DNA of 64,000 nt from NCBI GenBank assembly GCA_964016885.1, contig OZ024741.1, positions 386,136,001-386,200,000 on the forward strand. Direction: 5' to 3'. The position numbers were made by a program, and so were the translations under genes. Below are positions 62,269 to 64,000 of this stretch, in pieces (positions within the stretch are counted from its first letter, which is position 1; the number at the start of each line of letters is the position of its first letter). Origin of the DNA: Eledone cirrhosa. Taxonomy: Eukaryota. The notes beneath the pieces were generated by a model. That model was not told the DNA's origin. It did not search any database and was given only the letters and a program-made list of their open reading frames with translations.

Positions 62269-62480
62269 CATCATCATCATCATCATTTTACGTCTACTTT
62301 TCCCTGCTTGCAAAGGTGGGACAGGAACTGATTCTGGCTTGATTTCTACAGCTGGATGCCCTTCCTAACACCAACCTCATTTACAGTGAGTGCTGGGTGC
62401 TTTTTTTCTGTGGCGCCTACACGTCCACTTTACAGTGTGGGCTGGGTGCTTTTTTGCCGTGGCACCTCCATGACCACTTT
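62269..62480 (-). mobile_element. RTE/SINE-type 3' tail fragment
   Basis: (CAT)n followed by TTTCTACAGCTGGATGCCCTTCCTAAC, the reverse complement of the RTE 3' UTR motif at ~61470. Confidence 0.6.
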
Positions 62481-62983
62481 GCAGTGGAATGATAGGGACC
62501 CCAGTCCTATCATCTCATTTCTACAGCTGAGTAAACTGGAACAATGTGAAATAAAGTGTCTTGCTCAAGGAAACAACACATCACATATGACTTAATATTC
62601 AGCCATCAGATATGAGATAGATACAGTAATATTGTATTCGATTTTTTGAAGTCATTTGTTATAATTTCATTCAACAACACCACCAGCTTTCTCTCTCTTA
62701 CATTTTCTTTCTTTGTCTCCCCCCTCTCTCTCTCTATGTCTCTCTTTCAATCTACTCCCTCACAACCACTATCTTTTTCTCTCTATCTTTCTTTCTATTT
62801 ATGAAGGTACCCGGTAAAACCCTGTTTCTCAGGAACCCATGTTCCAATTTACGTGAAACTTGTTTTATTCCATTTGTATTCCCATTTCAGGGGCAACTTC
62901 CTTTCCAAGTATCTTCCCAGTATGTGCCGTTTTGGCTGTATTACATTACAGACAAGACACAATCACAGATTTTTTGTAGTATA

Positions 62984-63116
62984 CTAGACCACCTGTGACC
63001 GGTTGGGTCATGTTCATTTAAAAATATTGTTTTAAAATCATGTTCACATAAAGATAATTTTTAAATAATCAAAATATACACAGATATGTATATAATGTAA
63101 AATGAAATTGGAAGGC

Positions 63117-63120
<4 letters not shown>
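62984..63120 (-). mobile_element. Helitron-like 3' terminal fragment, copy 2
   Basis: Closely similar to 60311-60447 (offset 2,673 bp); CTAG plus an imperfect hairpin. Confidence 0.55.
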
Positions 63121-63181
<61 letters not shown>

Positions 63182-63198
63182 GGTGTGTGTGTGTATAC

Positions 63199-63241
<43 letters not shown>

Positions 63242-63262
63242 ATTGTGTATATATATATATAT
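63119..63262. repeat. (TA)n/(TG)n microsatellite
   Basis: Direct reading. Confidence 0.95.
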
Positions 63263-64000
63263 ATTGTTAACCAGGTAATACTAGAAGGTGTCATACCAAA
63301 AGATTGGTGCAGTAGCATCATTGTCAACTGCTACAAAGGTAAAGGTGATGCACTCGATAGAGGAAACTATAGAGGTATAAAGCTGATGGACCAGGTCATG
63401 AAAGTAACAGAAAGAGTTATAGCACAGTTGATTAGGGACCGGGTGAAACTATATGAGATGCAATTTGGGTTTGTACCAGGAAGAGGTACCACTGATGCCC
63501 TCTTCCTTGTGAGGCAGTTACAGGAAAAGTACCTAGCTAAAAGTAAGCCACTCTACCTAGCATTCGTCGATCTCGAGAAAGCCTTTGACAGAGTTCCACG
63601 TGCTGTAATCTGGTGGGCTCTTAGAAAACTAGGAGTAGATGAATGGCTTGTGAAAGCTGTACAAGCCATGTATAGGGGAGCAGTCAGCAAAGTTAGGATT
63701 AGCAATGAGTATAGCGAGGAATTTAGCGTACAGGTTGGTGTCCACCAGGGCTCTGTTCTTAGCCCTCTCCTGTTCATCATAGTCCTGCAGGCAATAACGG
63801 AGGAGTTTAAGACCGGATGCCCATGGGAACTCCTGTATGCTGATGACCTCGCACTTATAGCTGAATCTATGGTAGAACTAGAGAAGAAATTCCAAACTTG
63901 GAAGCAGGGTCTAGAAAGAAAGGGTCTCAAAGTCAACATGACAAAGACTAAGGTCCTTGTAAGTAGACGAGAAAACAGAACCCAGATCCTCTCAGGGAAA
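63263..64000 (+). mobile_element. 5'-truncated RTE-clade LINE reverse transcriptase; frame open to the window end
   Basis: Manual translation: IPKDW..YKGKGD..NYRGIKL..QFGFVPGRGTTDA..FVDLEKAFDRVP..GVHQGSVLSPLLF..LYADDL..KVNMTKTK, with no stop seen. Confidence 0.92.

Overview
Repeat-rich eukaryotic DNA; the repeat content suggests an invertebrate, probably a cephalopod (inference only). Positions 1-~43,050 are one giant tandem array of a 21-bp unit (GTTATAGTTGTTGTTGTRGTA) with multi-kb higher-order duplications and position-specific variant domains. Its poly-Val, Cys/Ser and Thr ORFs are mostly by-products of the unit sequence. At 45.3-57.0 kb, two full-length but decayed Tx1-like (L1-clade) LINEs of distinct families lie head-to-tail on the minus strand, separated and flanked only by (AAT)n tracts. 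Both have exactly (ATT)6 before their 5' ends. Both also have a consensus splice donor overlapping the ORF1 stop and a candidate acceptor in the 3' UTR, so an intron could remove ORF2 precisely. The remainder holds a deleted mariner, a Penelope-like remnant, a 72-bp dimeric minisatellite, SINE fragments, one probable host coding exon (59.3-60.1 kb), two Helitron-like 3' ends, RTE LINE fragments and a fold-back element with a hammerhead-ribozyme-like motif.
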